The position numbers were made by a program, and so were the translations under genes. A stretch of 64,000 bases of DNA, taken from the NCBI GenBank assembly GCA_032718475.1, contig JAUCBJ010008830.1:62001-126000 (forward strand). The letters are read 5' to 3'. Each line of letters opens with the position of its first letter. Position 1 is the first letter of the stretch. This stretch comes from Nemertoderma westbladi. Lineage: Eukaryota; Animalia; Xenacoelomorpha. Under the pieces are notes generated by a model that made no database searches, was not told the DNA's origin, and worked only from the letters and a program-made list of their open reading frames with translations. Of this stretch, positions 13,566 through 27,450 are shown piece after piece.

Positions 13566-14897
13566 GAACCAAGAGGCAAACTGTAGAAATGTAAATGAAG
13601 TACCATTCCACAAAGTACTAGACAATTTTCTAGTACTGTAGGTACATACAGTCTATATGCCAATATTCAGCTTAAATGAATTAAAATCACGGAAGTGGGA
13701 GAAGGTTTTCACTTGCATACATTTTGCCCTTTAGCGTCAGACTGGATAACTGCAGACCAATTACCGAACGCACGAAGAGACAGGATGTGCTCAAGCCCAT
13801 ATCTGTCAAGATTCAGTTTGAACTGGTCATAAATAACGGAATTGGATAATGGATTTCACTTTGAGACATTTCGCGGCAGACTAGAGAACTACATGCGGAT
13901 TAGCCTCCTTTGAATGACACAGCTAATGTTCTAGTACAAATCAGCCAACTATCAACTTGGACGGATTAAAAGCAAAGAAATGGGAGTACATTTAATGTTT
14001 AGACATGTAGCCCTCTAATGGGAGAGGGTTGAATTGATGGTGTCTGAAAGTCACGAAAAAAAGGTCTTTTTGATTTCTAACAAATTTTCAACTCTACAGC
14101 TTTTTATCCGACAAAGTCGCATGTCAAATTGGAAACGCAGACGACGATGACACATAACTATTTGCCATTATTAGCCCACCCCCTTAGGCCCGCCCGCCGC
14201 ACACTAGAGATGCAAGATGCAAAAATCATTCCTGACGTTATTTATAGTCATTTTTTCCATTTCTGAACAAAACCATAATATTACATCATTAATTTTCAAT
14301 GGATAACAGTGATGATGAAATTATTGAAAATGTTGCTGCGAAAATGTTGCTGCATATATGTTGTGGGGACTGGGGACAAACTAAACTCATTTCATGAGAG
14401 CATTGGATACATCCAATACATTACAAGATACCTGTGGCTTGCTTTTGAATATTGAATATAGCGTAAATGTAAAATATATTGTTAAAAAATATATTAGAAG
14501 TGCATAGCAGTAACAGACGCACTCGAAGCGCGCAGGAGCTTGCTAGTTTCTTATAAATCCATAGAGGTGAGGCTGGTTCTTCAGCAAATGGTCCTAGTTA
14601 ATTTTAGAGAGACCTAAGGGCTAAGCCTGATTGGGCTCTGCTGCTTTGTATGTTAAAATTAGGTGTAGATAGGTATATAAATAATCATGGATGATCCAGT
14701 AGAATAAATCAGTAATAACATCAGTAATAACCAATAACAACAAACACTGACTCACTGACACATTCAATTCACAGGAGTACTTAATGAAAATATTATTATA
14801 AAAGCAATTTTATGTAGACATTCATGATTTGTTTTTTAAGTATTATTTACTATTTGCAGTGTAGGCATAGTCTACAATCACATTATGTTATATTATA

Positions 14898-15101
14898 GTG
14901 CCAAAATGTCCTCCTCGCACTGGTAGAGGATCTATGGAGCCACGAGGTGAAAGTACTGAAAGTCTACCTAAGTTAGCTACAACAAGTTTACAAATAGTAT
15001 GTAGCTTCTGCTCAAAGGGTTGCAAATCCCAGGGTGGATTGAAACTTCACCAATCCCGATCTAAAACTTGTTCTGAGGCAAGAGATGCTGCTCTACAAAA
15101 G
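14898..15101 (+). pseudogene. Exon-like C2H2-type zinc-finger fragment (copy at 32527-32730)
   Basis: CSFCSKGCKSQGGLKLHQSRSKTC, bounded by a TTATAG acceptor and an AAG|GTAAGC donor. Confidence 0.55.
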
Positions 15102-15509
15102 GTAAGCCTCATTAGTTTATAGTTAGTTGTGCGCATTAACCTCAAGAGAAAAAATTGATCTCCATCCATCGCAAAAGAAATACAGTTTTGATTATTGTTT
15201 TGGTTAGTTTTGTTTTGGGGTGATGTCAATATTGTGGGAGTGTGACAGTACTTGAATGATCTATTTTACCTGATTTTATCATGAATGATCTATTTTTACT
15301 ATTATGTCTCTGTTATTCTTAACCATTGAAAATAAATATGAAACGACCGGTAATTGAAACTAGATTTTATAATTAACTGAAAGGAGCAGGTTACAGTTGC
15401 AAGCTTTATAGGCAAGTCTTACTTTTGCAACCGGCTCATTGCAACATTACATTCTCGACTTATCGGTCGCCCCTCTTCCTTCAAACACTATAATATTTAT
15501 ATAATTATA

Positions 15510-17250
15510 TTGTGGGGCGAGCCACGAAGTGAGTGAGCCTTAGCGTAGTGGTACCATTAATCAACCTGTCGTTCTGTCGTTCTGTCGTTCTGTCGTGTTC
15601 AATTTTAAACGTTAATAACTCGGCCAATCTTTGATGAAATCTATCCAAACTTGGTACACATGTTGTTTGGCAAAAGTTTAGAAAATTTCCAAGTAGAATT
15701 TCCGTGTGGCCTTCGAGAAGCTAAGATAATAGCAGTTAATTAGTTAATTAAGTTGATTACGGTGAAAACACCATTTTCAACCTGCCTTTTAAAGGAAATT
15801 AATTGTTTTACAGTATAAGATTTAAATAATTATACTTGAAAATTATACAGATGTAATCCACATACACCATTCTATTATAGTTTTTAATTAGTTCAAGTGA
15901 TTTGCTTTAATAAATGTGTCTTTAATTGATCTAAAGTAATTAAGACGGCATAAAAAATTGATTCTCATTAAATACTGCTCATTTATTGGCCAACATGCTG
16001 GTACATAGATGGAAGGATGTGTGTGTAAGGGAGCCAGTTGCTGGGAATGATTTGGTCAAGTCTCTGCTGGTGTGGAGCTAGCTGGCTGGGAGTTGTAGTT
16101 GTAGACTAACAAGAGAGGAACTGTAATAGGGGCAACCAGTATTGCTATTCCAGCCCAGACAGCATTCTCTAAATCCACTATTGACTCTACTATAAATGTT
16201 GTGTTGCTCTCAGGTAAATGACAGATATAATACATAAATAGAATCCATGGCATGGCTGTTGTGTAGCCTTATATATGAAATAGTTTATTCCACAATGTAT
16301 TTGTCTGGTTATTTTTTAATTGAATTTTTGTAAAGTAGTAAAATTAATGTTCTTAAAAATAATTTTATTATTTTATATGTAACCTACGAAATTAGCTACA
16401 TTTTTTCGCTGCAGCTTTAAGAGTGTACATTGATTTAATATTATTTCCTTACCCATATTACTACATCGGCATACGATGCATTGGCGTTGTATCACACATC
16501 TCCACATAGATGTATCAGCAGTTACTCGCACAGTTTCGAAACTTCGCATAGTTATAACTGTATAAAGGTCGTCGTCAGTCTGCGTTTAGGAAAAATATTA
16601 TATGACAACACAGGACGAGCGACGAGCGCAACGAGGCATATAATATGGACGAGTACTGCGTAGACTATATTCCTATAAACCATACCTGGCTGCGCCTATT
16701 GAACGCATTGGTAGTTATAAAGATCGTCAGTCTGCGTTTAGAGAATATATTTAAATACAAAACAGGACGAGCACAACGAGGCCTATAAAGAAGACGAGTA
16801 CTGCGTTGACTATATTATTATATAAACCCTGGCTTCACAAATTGATCGCATCCCTAGTTATTATTATTATAAAGATCGTCCTACCCTGCGTTTAAGAAAT
16901 ATATTTAAATTCAAAACAGGACGAACGCAACGAGGCTTATAATGAAAACGAGTACTGCGTTTATTATATTCCTATAAACCACCTGGCTTTGCAAATTGAA
17001 CGTGCGATTGGAAATAAGTTCGTGCTACCCTTCCGTGGGTGGTAGATGTCGCGGTTATGTATTGGTGGGTGGGAAGGGGGGGGGGGGGGGGGTGCAGATT
17101 AAAAGGGCTGAACACGTACTGTACCCCTTTCTTTAATTGATTGGTGGTGTGGGTAAATTTCTCAAATACTGATTTTGTGATACAGTCGCTCAGTTTTAAT
17201 TTGTATCTCATAACTGGGCCTCGTGCTGCGCGAAGGCCCCACGAACGTGT
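15510..17250 (+). mobile_element. Non-autonomous Helentron/DINE-1-like (HINE) element
   Basis: Sub-terminal inverted motifs GTGGGGC and GCCCCAC, a (CTGTCGTT)n microsatellite near the 5' end and internal tandem repeats. It is absent from the duplicated flank at about 33115. Confidence 0.6.
16560..17005. repeat. Three diverged tandem units of about 153 bp
   Basis: The unit ATAAAG.TCGTC...CTGCGTTTA...ACAGGACGA...ACGAGTACTGCGT...CCTGGCT recurs at about 16562, 16717 and 16869. Confidence 0.85.
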
Positions 17251-18780
17251 ATAATATTGCCTTCCTGTCGCTTATATGATTATGAATGCTGCTATCTGAA
17301 TTAGTTTTATGTTTGTTGCAACAGTTTATATTATATTATTATCTTATTATTAGATCGAGCTCAAAACTACTTCACAAACCAAGAAAGAGAGAGAGACTAC
17401 CAAATAGAAAATTTAGACAAAATTACAAAAATTTAGTATTTTTGTGATTTTTATTTATAAATTTCACTACGGTACCCTGGTACCCACCCATACCTATATA
17501 GGGTATATATAAGGCTGGCTCGGTGACAGTTATACCTCACTCATGACTCATCGCTTAGGAATGTGACACCTAGGGTGTCATTGGCGCCAGACTGTCTGGG
17601 TGAAACCTCCCAATTAGGCTAATTAGAACCTAATTGACGGGAGGTAATCAACTGACGGCAACCTGGTAGTTGGTGTACGAAAGACGGACCCGAAGTTCTG
17701 GTTTATCTCAAATTTCTATAATAGGAGTTATCTAACTCGCTAAAGCACTATAAATCTGATGTAATAGTACTACCTACTGGGGTCAATGCTGGGTTAAGGC
17801 TTTTATTTTTAATTTTTAAAGTATATAAGTGGTTAAAATCTTCATCATTCGTTATCTAACTCGCTAAAGCACTATAAATCCTATGTAATATGTAGACCAG
17901 AGAAACGTGTTATGTAATGGCTATATGTTATATAGCTGTATAGGTATATGTGTTATATAATGGCTATATGTAATGTCCTGCAAAGTGGAGGCGGCTTTGT
18001 TCTGGTTTATATCGTTATGCTGCGTGGAGGTAGCAATGTATCTGTACCAATGACCCGAATACCTGACCTGACAAGTAAGTAGAGTACAATAAGGTTGAAG
18101 AATAGCTGCAGAATGATAGTGCTTCATCGAGATAACTGAGAACTTAGTTTGAATGCCATAACGATTCCACAAATTATCAATTATTTAATTTATATTTCAA
18201 TATAGGAGTTAATGGCGAACTGCGTCGTCATTACTGGTGTACCTCTCCCTTATGACGAGGAGATTGCCAGCACCCCTCCGACTCTGCCAACCCCACCACA
18301 ACCGGCTTCTCTGTCATATATTGGCGCTTCGCCCGGTTCGGGACACCAGTCCACCATTGGACCACTGAAGAAACTCATCGATAGTCAGGTCATCGCCTGG
18401 GGTGCGACCCTAGACAATGTTGACGATGTTGCAGAAATAAAAAGAAAAATTCTGAATGTATCAGAAATACTATTATCTTAATAACTCAAATTATATTACA
18501 TAAAATATACATGCATGTTGGATTGTAGGCCTAGTGTATTATGTTTGATTGCGAAAATGTGTAAAATTTTCTGCTTGCTTCATTCGCTCACATCACTAAA
18601 TATATATAGGTGCACCCTCCACCCCGCTTATCTCGTAACTTTGTGTTGGAATATAAAAAAGTCACTAATGTACACCATGTCCTGGAATAAAGTGTCGTTA
18701 TTAAAGTAAAGTAAAAAAGTAAATTTTCTTCGGTTTAAATTTTCGATAATAGAGTCCTCATACTGCTCCACAAACTCATA

Positions 18781-21627
18781 CATTTATGTAATCTTAGGTC
18801 AGACTGTGAAATATATTTCTTAGGTGATTTTAATATCTGTTACCATCACAAAGCATCCCCCATCTGTAAACAGTACCAAAGTATTTTAAATTTGTTTGGT
18901 TTAAAACAAATTATTCGAGATTCTACCAGAATTACCAGTAAAACTTCTACTTTACTAGATCACATCCTTTGTAATAATACCGATATTATTTCTCAATCTG
19001 GGGTTTTACCTATAGGTCTAAGCGATCATTTTATAGTTTTTTGCACAAGAAAGACACAAAAATCTTTTTTCGGGGATCATAAAACAGTAACAGTTAGGTC
19101 TATGAAAAATTACAGCAAGGAACGCTTTTTAAGTTTGTTAGTTAATTCTGACTGGGAACCCTGTTTTAAGGCCGCTGACATTAACCTTGCGTACACTGTT
19201 TTTAAGGATATATTTTTAAAGGCACTTAATACTGTAGCACCAATTAAAGAAATTAGTCTTAAACAACGCACTGAGCCCTGGATGACCTCGGGTATTCTTA
19301 GTAATATCAGAGAAAGAGATAACTATTTGTATAAATTTAGGAAATACCGTGTTTTAGCTGATTATAATAATTACTGCAAATATAGAAACCTTGTCCAACG
19401 GGAAATAAAAAAAGCTAAATCTGAATATTTGTACAACAAAATAAGTGAGAATAAAGATAATCCTAAAAGTCTATGGTCTACCCTAAAATCTTTAGGTTAT
19501 AAAAACCTCAAATCTAAATCGAATATTGTTCTGCAAGATAACGGTGAGCTGATTCATGATAATACTCTAGTTAGTAATTTATTTAATAATTATTTTACTA
19601 ATGTTGCCTCTAATTTAGTTAAGAAATTACCGTTATCAAGTAATAAATATAGTATAGGGTCCGAAACTCTAAAAAATTTTTATTTAGAAAAGTTACAAAA
19701 TTCAGAAAAGTTATTTTTAAAACCCGTTTCTGAGGATTTCGTTTTTAAAAATCTACTTAGCCTATCAGCCTCAAAAAGTACCGGTCTAGATCTAATACCT
19801 GCCCGTTTTCTTAAGGATGGTGCTGAAGTACTTAAAGTGCCTATTACTTTTATTATTAATTACTCTATCGTAGATAATGTAGTACCAGACGAACTGAAAT
19901 TAGCTAAGGTTGTTCCTCTGTATAAAAAGAATAGTAAAGTAGAACCCTGTAATTACAGACCTGTTAGTATCTTAAGTATTGTATCTAAAATTCTAGAACG
20001 TTCTGTTTTTCTACAGCTGGAGGCACATCTTAGTAGGCTAAATCTGATCTATGAACTTCAGTCCGGTTTTCGTAAATCATATTCTACAGACACCTGCCTT
20101 ATTAACTTAACTGATACAATTAGATGTAATAACGCAAAGGGTTTATATACTGGTATGGTAATGTTGGACCTACAAAAGGCTTTCGATACTGTAGATCACG
20201 AAATTCTGCTTGGTAAGTTAGGCCTGATGGGTGTAGGTTCTATAGACTGGTTCAAGTCCTACCTGTCAGACAGAGGTCAAACTGTAGTCATTAGCAAATC
20301 GCTGTCTACTGTACAAGAGATTACCTGTGGTGTACCGCAAGGTAGTATATTAGGTCCTCTGCTTTTTGTATGCTATGTAAATGATATGATTAAGTAGTAT
20401 AGATCCCGATTTTAAACTGATTTTATATGCCGACGACAGTGCTCTTATTTTCTCTCATAAAGATCCTATCCATATTTCCCAAAAGTTAAGTGCAGTTCTA
20501 GAATCCTGTAATGAGTGGTTGGTTGATAATAAGCTATCCATTCACTACGGTAAAACTGAAAGTATTTTGTTTGGTTCCAAAAGAAAGTTAAAGAAGGTAA
20601 CTAAGTTTGAAGTCACTAGTAATGGACATAAGATTGAAAATAAAAAGGAAGTTAAATATTTAGGCGCCACATTGGATAACTGCTTATCAGGAGAAAGTAC
20701 AGTGAAAAATATTTTCTCGAAAGTTAACAGTAGGCTTAGGTTTCTATACAGAAATAAAAATAGTTTGAACACCGACTCCCGCAAGTTACTTTGCTCTTCT
20801 TTAATACAGTGTCACATGGACTATGCGTGCTCTTCTTGGTATGAAGGCTTAACCAAACAGCTTAAATGTAAATTACAAGTAGCTCAGAATAAAGTAGTAC
20901 GATTTATTAAAGACTACAAACCTAGGCACCACCTAACTCCAGATGACTTTTCTGAATCTGGACTACTTAACTTAGATAGTAGAGTTAAGCAGCTACGCCT
21001 TAACCATGTGCATAAAGTGTATAATGGTAAATGTCCCAATTACCTAAAACAAAAATTCAACAGAGTACGCGATACACACTCTTACAGTACCAGAGCTAGT
21101 GCTTCAAACTTCTACCTCCCGAATTGTAAATCCTTTGAATCTGATACTTTCTTTTTTAACGGCATAAAAAATTGGAACGCTCTGCCTAATGAAATTAAAA
21201 ACCTAAATAATCAACATTCTTTTAAATCTGCAGTTAAATCTCATCTCCGTGTGCAATGTAAAAATAGGTACAATAGTCCTACAGTAAGTTATTAGTTTAT
21301 TAATTATTTACTATTTATACTGTAATTACGTTTTATAATAAATTGTTCTGTACATTACATCTTTATCGTTGAGTCGGGCATTGTCACGCTCTCGGTAAAG
21401 TTGTACATGTACATAGTGTAATTACGTTTTATATTGGTTTTAGGTTAGCGTAGTGTAATATTGTATTTGTAACCAAGTAACATAAAGGACCCCCTTGGAA
21501 ATAAGCTGCAAAGCTTTAGGGGTAATCCTATATGTTATGTTGGACAATACCTTTATACCGGTACATTGTTTGGTGTATTTGTTATTGTTTTTACATAATG
21601 TATAAATAAATCTATCTATCTATCTAT
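18781..21627 (+). mobile_element. L2/CR1-group LINE, 5'-truncated, one frameshift
   Basis: [50 protein letters not shown], and YADD at 20426 after a frameshift near 20390. 3' UTR stem-loop at 21487-21528, AATAAA and a (TCTA)n tail. Confidence 0.95.
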
Positions 21628-21870
21628 ACAGACTAATGGATTACGCACAAAGTCTGACAACTTATTTCCAGTGCGGTCCCCCAGAACTATACTCCCCAGA
21701 GGAAACTCCAGTACTCATTTAGCTACCACTTAAGGATGCAAGGCAGAGATGCGCCCTGGCTGGTCCCTTTAAAGCATTCATGCCGAAACGAAAACTGGCC
21801 CATGTGAGGATCGAACCCACGATCTACAGGAGATGTGAATTCAATGCAACCACCACACCAAGGTGGAACC
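21628..21870 (-). mobile_element. tRNA-derived SINE with an L2-type 3' tail
   Basis: On the minus strand: tRNA-like head with B box GGTTCGATCC, a central domain, and the tail GGACCGCACTGGAAATAAGTTGTCAGACTTTGTGCGTAATCC, similar to the adjacent LINE 3' end. Confidence 0.75.
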
Positions 21871-22419
21871 GGAACCTAAAAGAGTTATTGAAATACCTGA
21901 TTGAACCCCCCTCCCAAAAAAAAAAATTTTTAACCCCAAGTTTTCTTTTTATTTTCATTTTTATTTTAATTTTCTTGGGATTTCTCAACTCTAAATAACA
22001 GGCCATGACAAGGACCTACAGTCTAAGCTTTCAAAATAATCGCACCATGGTAAGCTGAAGTAATGGTATTGGTATGGTACCTCTTCCTTCTGTAGTTGCC
22101 AATCCTACACCTTAAAGGTACAAAACTGCAAATAAAAACTCAAATTACATAAACAGCAAAACCTTCCTTTATTCATATCTCTGTAGTTTAAATCTGTGAA
22201 AGAGTTTTGAATAACAATAACTTCGATCAAAACAAAAAAAATATATAATATATATAATAGTATATAATCCTATATATATATATATATATAACAATATATA
22301 GTAATTAACATCTTGCCAATTTTATAATAAAACTAGCTCATAGCTGCCTAGAATCTGGTTTTACTTGCCATTTTTAGGTACAGATACAGATCTTATCGCC
22401 AATTTTATATAATAAGGAT

Positions 22420-22509
22420 GACTTGCCATTTTTTATAATCAGGATTGACTTGCCATTTTTTATAATCAGGATTGACTTGCCATTTTTTATAATCAAGATT
22501 GACTTGCCA
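22420..22509. repeat. 27-bp tandem repeat, about 3.3 units
   Basis: GACTTGCCATTTTTTATAATCAGGATT is repeated, with degenerate relatives at 22310-22412. Confidence 0.85.
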
Positions 22510-24721
22510 ATATCATTACCAAATTATCATTATTAAATGGTAATTTTATATCTGGACCATCACTAGACAATGCATTAACTTACATTAGTAAGCACATGCA
22601 AAACCCTGATATGCCTCAGATATACCAGGTTTAATACCGGTACTCATACTTCAGTTTTGGTACTTTAAATAACTTATTACAATAATGCTATGGGCAATGT
22701 TTGCTTTAGGGTTTAATACCAATTTTCTCCTATATGGTAGGGTAGGCCGGCCTACTTACTATATCAGTATGTGTATGTTGTGAATGTCTAATAATGTTCA
22801 AATGGGGGGGGGGGGGGGGGGGGGATGTAAATCATAAAGTATATTTACTATGGCAGTTAACTTACTTACCTCACCTATTTAGGTTTATCTATTTAGTTTC
22901 CTATTTTGCTTTTATGTATAATAACAAATACCTCGAAAAATACAGCTTGCCACCAATTGTTACTATTTAGGGTAGGATCGGTATTTAGTATAGTTGTATA
23001 GTATAGCAGTATAGTATAGTAGTAGGCCTATAGGCCTAAGTGGTCAGTAGACCTACCAGTATGCAGTATAAAATTATAATATAAATCAAATAAGATGTAA
23101 TTTCAAATTGATACCATTATCAGGTAAATTGTGTTGTCACTCTGTCAGCAGTCAGTGTTGTGTTGCTAAACTACTAGCCTAAGTGTTGACCTAATACCTA
23201 CAGAACCAAAAATAATTGGAAATGCGCTTTTTACCAAAGTGAACATTTTAAGGAATTATATTTAAACCAGCCATAAAAATTACAAATCGATGTTCACCAT
23301 ACATGTATCAGCATGTGTGGTCTGTACCTGCATGCTCTTCTTGGTATGAAAGCTTAACCAACAGCTTAAATATAAATTACAAGTAGCTCAGAATAAAGTA
23401 GTATGATTTATTATAGGTTTCATTTATTATAGGATTTATTATAGATTTCAGGATTTGGTATCATTCAGTCGGTGTGATTTGGTTTGGTGTGAATTGGTTT
23501 TGGGATTATTTTTTATGATTTGGTTTGTGATTTGGTGTGTGATTTGGCTGTTTGATGTGATTTGGGTGTTTAGACAGACCCCTGACAGCCTGAATAATGA
23601 AATAGGGAAAAGTTATAGGCCTAAACATTAGTGGAAATTACCCACGTATTTCGATTTTCAACAGTACCAGCACCGGTACTGATTCGGGTCGAGGTCATGC
23701 TGTCATGGCCGTCAAGGGCGGCGATTCCGACCATACCCCCCCCCCCCCCCCCCCCCCTGTCGACCACGCTTCCGCCGACATGGTACCCACCACTCCTACC
23801 GGTGCCGCCGGCACCGCCAGCACCATCTCCCCCACCGCCTACATATAAGACAGGAAGAACAATTTCAAAATGTTACTCTGCAAAATCCAATAAGTAAATG
23901 GTTAGGCCTATGGAATATTGCATACCAGTCAGTACGTAAGTAAGTAAGTCAGCTCGTAAGTGCCTTTTACTAATATAATTAAATTATTAGTAAAACTACC
24001 GGTAATTAATTATAGTATATTATAGTAGCAAAGCAATATCCTGGAGTGTCAGAATATACTGGAATTACCGGTTAGGCCTAGTGTAGTAGTGCCAGAGTGC
24101 TGTTAGTTCTGCCAGACACAAATTTGCAGCACTGGTCACCCAGGACTGCCAATACCAGGATATTGAGATAGCCCACATAAACAGTAAGAACAATTTCAAA
24201 ATGTTACTCTGCAAAATCCAATAAGTAAATGGTTATGGAATATTGCATACCAGTCAGTACCTATTTAATGCTGATCTCTTGGGGAGCTGCTACAGTTACC
24301 ATACCAGTGTAACTAACACTGAATTCTGACATCCTAAAGAAACAATTTATATAGTAGCCAATGGCAGATCAGCTTGTAGTTAATTGGCAATTTTGAATGA
24401 TTCATTCCACTGTAGTTCGGTTTGAATTTACCATAGGAAGAATAAATTGCAAATATAGTTTCCTCAGCCAAGGACAGATAGGGGGGGGGGGGGGGGGGAC
24501 TTGACGCAATAAAAATGCATCCCTCTCCAGGGGAAATTCGACACAAATAACAGCTGATTATTCTCAAAAATAAAACTGTAACCTGTTCTATTGGGTTTCG
24601 TTTATAGTTTTGGTTAAAATAACGAGCCACTGTAACCTGCTCCTTTCCCTAAATTGAGAATTTAACATTGCGGCGAGATATTTCGCCAAGTCTTGACTCC
24701 TGGTATCAGAGGTCTCCCCCT

Positions 24722-25530
24722 TCAGCTTATTTCTAATTTTCTTTCCGATCGCAAATAATTTGTATCCATCGACGGTATCAACTCAACTTTATTACCCCTC
24801 TCCTGTGCCTGTGGCGTCCCCCAGGGATCTGTTCTCTCTCCCATACTATTTCTTATCTTTATCAATGACTTACCGAACGCAACTACCTTACTTAGTAGAC
24901 TTTTCGCTGACGACACAACTTTAATTAATTCCCAAAAAAACATTCAATCATTAAATACTAACACGAACAGTGAAGTAATCAAAATCTACGACTGGCTACA
25001 TGACAATAAATTAATTACTGAACTTAAAGAAAACAGAATACGCCATATTTACTAACCTTCCTATTCCTACGTATACTAATACCGACAATAACACACATCA
25101 AATTAAAATAAACAAGAAAGACATCAAACATACAGAAACACAAAATTACTAGGCATTTGGATAGACTCTAAACTAAACTGGAAAACTCATATAAAACAAA
25201 GTACTCAAAAAATTTATAAATCTAATGGTATTTTCTACAAACTTCGGCATATACAGTATTTCCTCCCCACATTCTTAGAACCCTATACTTCTCACTGATC
25301 CATCCCTACAGTACGTTAATTACGGTATTATTCCATGGGGTGGCACTCATTCCACACTGAAACCACTACGTACCAAAATCAACAAACTGTTGTGCTGTAT
25401 TACATTTTCACACTACAGATCATCCTCAATCCCCATTTACAAACAACTAAATATTTTACCAATTAACAAACTCTGTGAACTATCTGTCAGCACCTTCATG
25501 TACGACATCCATTCAAAAAATATAAGCACT
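24722..25530 (+). mobile_element. Degenerate CR1/L2-group RT fragment
   Basis: + strand reads CGVPQGSVLSPILFLIFINDLP, SRLFADDT, WLHDNKL and HILRTLYFSLI. Related to the 48100-48840 region. Confidence 0.85.
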
Positions 25531-25889
25531 ACCTCAACCCCCCCCCCCCCCCCCCCGCGCCCCCATCCGGTTGTTAATTAAGATAAACTGGTTGAATATG
25601 GCAATTTGCTCACGATTGTCAATCGTTATCCCGCTAATTGGTTGTACTGTCACATTCGTCCGACTAAAGAAATACATACACCATAACATAATTTAATAAT
25701 TTGTTTTTAATGTATGTACATATACATTGTGTTGGTGTATGTATATAATGATGAATGCTGAGTACGGAACCTGCCATATATAATTAGCATTAGTCCTGAA
25801 AAGGACTGTTTTGGTTGTAAATTTTGAAGGTCCATAGATAGATAGTTAGTTATGTAGTTAGTTAGTTAGTTAGACATGAGAGTTGTAGT

Positions 25890-26491
25890 CTGCTTCAAGG
25901 GGAAGAAGAGTTTCCTTTCAGCATTAGTGTTTAGATGTATTCGGTCAGATTTTAATATAGAATGTTCGGGTGCAACCAAACCCCGAATTGCTAAGGTTGA
26001 CCCGAACCCGCTGTCTTAAACCAAGTTCTCATTCGCTCGTTCAAGACTTGCCGACGTTCGTTATGGTTTGGGGGGCACTTACCGAACCTAGGAAAAGCTT
26101 CCAACCACACAATCTTTGATCCTGTAACAGTGTGGAATGCAGTGATGGCGGTCTGCAACTGTTCGTGAACTTCCACACTGTTACAGAGATCATTGCCCCC
26201 CATACAGATGAATGATATGCATGGTTTAAGGACAGCGGAACTACTGTACGTATTAATTACTAGGGGGAAATCCTTTAGTGTACGTATGTATTTATTGTTA
26301 GGAAAGTAATAGTTTATGTTAGCGGTAGGAGATAGTTCAGCAATATTGTAGTTTGTAGTAAAACGACGGAAATGGGAGTCACCCATAAGTAGTATTTCAT
26401 GTGTAGTGTGGTTAGAAGTGCAGTGTATAGCGTCTAGATCTAGATAATTAACATTAGATAGGTAGGGGGTTTGTTTATGTGTATGAGGCAT
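25890..26491 (-). pseudogene. SGNH/GDSL-type hydrolase-like gene, frameshifted near the 3' end
   Basis: LLMGDSH (block I), ICMGGNDL (block III) and, in a shifted frame, SDRIHLN (DxxH; about 25929-25949). Confidence 0.7.
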
Positions 26492-27199
26492 CGAGTTGAA
26501 TTAGTAAGGTCCAACCAAGTGTTATGCATAATTAGAATTTTAGTTATATGTAGATAGAGTTCCTCAGAAATTTTATCACACAACATTTATCCCCAGATAA
26601 ATGCTCTAACGATAAACTTGTATTCCTACACTATATATATGTGATGTAGACAAGGGATAATTCATGTGTTTATGTTAGTGGGAAAAGTATTGATTCAATT
26701 CGAAGCAACCTCACTAAACTTCAACCAAAGTTAAAACCCATAAAATATTATCTTGGCGCCAATAGTCTGTATCGAGTACCTGATCAGCTCTTACTTGTCA
26801 AACAATTTGCAGCTAATTAAAGTACAATAGATCATTGTTGATATTTTGGCGACAGAAAGTCTGTATCAACATTCCCTTCTCAGCATAGCTTTAGGCTATC
26901 TTAAATCTTGTTTGACCAAGTATTCCCAGACTCCATTAATTACAGTGTTACACAACTTCCACATGGGTTAAGTTTCCACAGTTAGGGACGTGGCTCATGG
27001 AGACCAAACAACTGAAAAATAATAAATAAATAATAAATCGTCCTCCTTGAATACGAATCGTCTTGAACAAGTACAACCCCGTGCCATAGTTGTCATATGA
27101 AAACCGACTACGTGCACTCAAACTACCGACATCAATATATCGCCGTGTACTAGCCAACACAAACATAAAAGTTTATCCACGGGATTGACAATATTGAGC

Positions 27200-27450
27200 G
27201 CAGTAATTTCTTCCAGTTTTGTTTCGAACTCGACCAATACTCAACACGAGGCTCTTCCTTGGCGCTGTACAAAGTTCGAACAATAGGACACAAAGGAGAT
27301 GCAACAACTTTGCAGACAGGGTTGTAAACATTTGGAATCCTTTACCATTACCGGAAAGTGTTGTTAATGCACGTAATACCCTTGGTACTCCATGCTTGAA
27401 CACATTCAAAAATAGACTAGACTGCGAAATGTCCCTTAAAATGAATATGT
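27200..27450 (+). mobile_element. CR1 ORF2 C-terminal fragment
   Basis: FADRVVNIWNPLP.ESVVNA...LNTFKNRLD is a typical CR1 C-terminus. Confidence 0.8.

Noticed and set aside
13680-14040. Possible additional viral gene fragment (also 58110-58420)
   Set aside because: Coding-like composition, but many stops and no motif I can identify.
22310-22509. CRISPR-like array
   Set aside because: The 27-bp units are contiguous without unique spacers, there are no cas genes, and the context is eukaryotic.
23631-23897. Proline-rich protein
   Set aside because: Driven by a poly-C run and low-complexity GC sequence, with no recognisable domain or ATG start.
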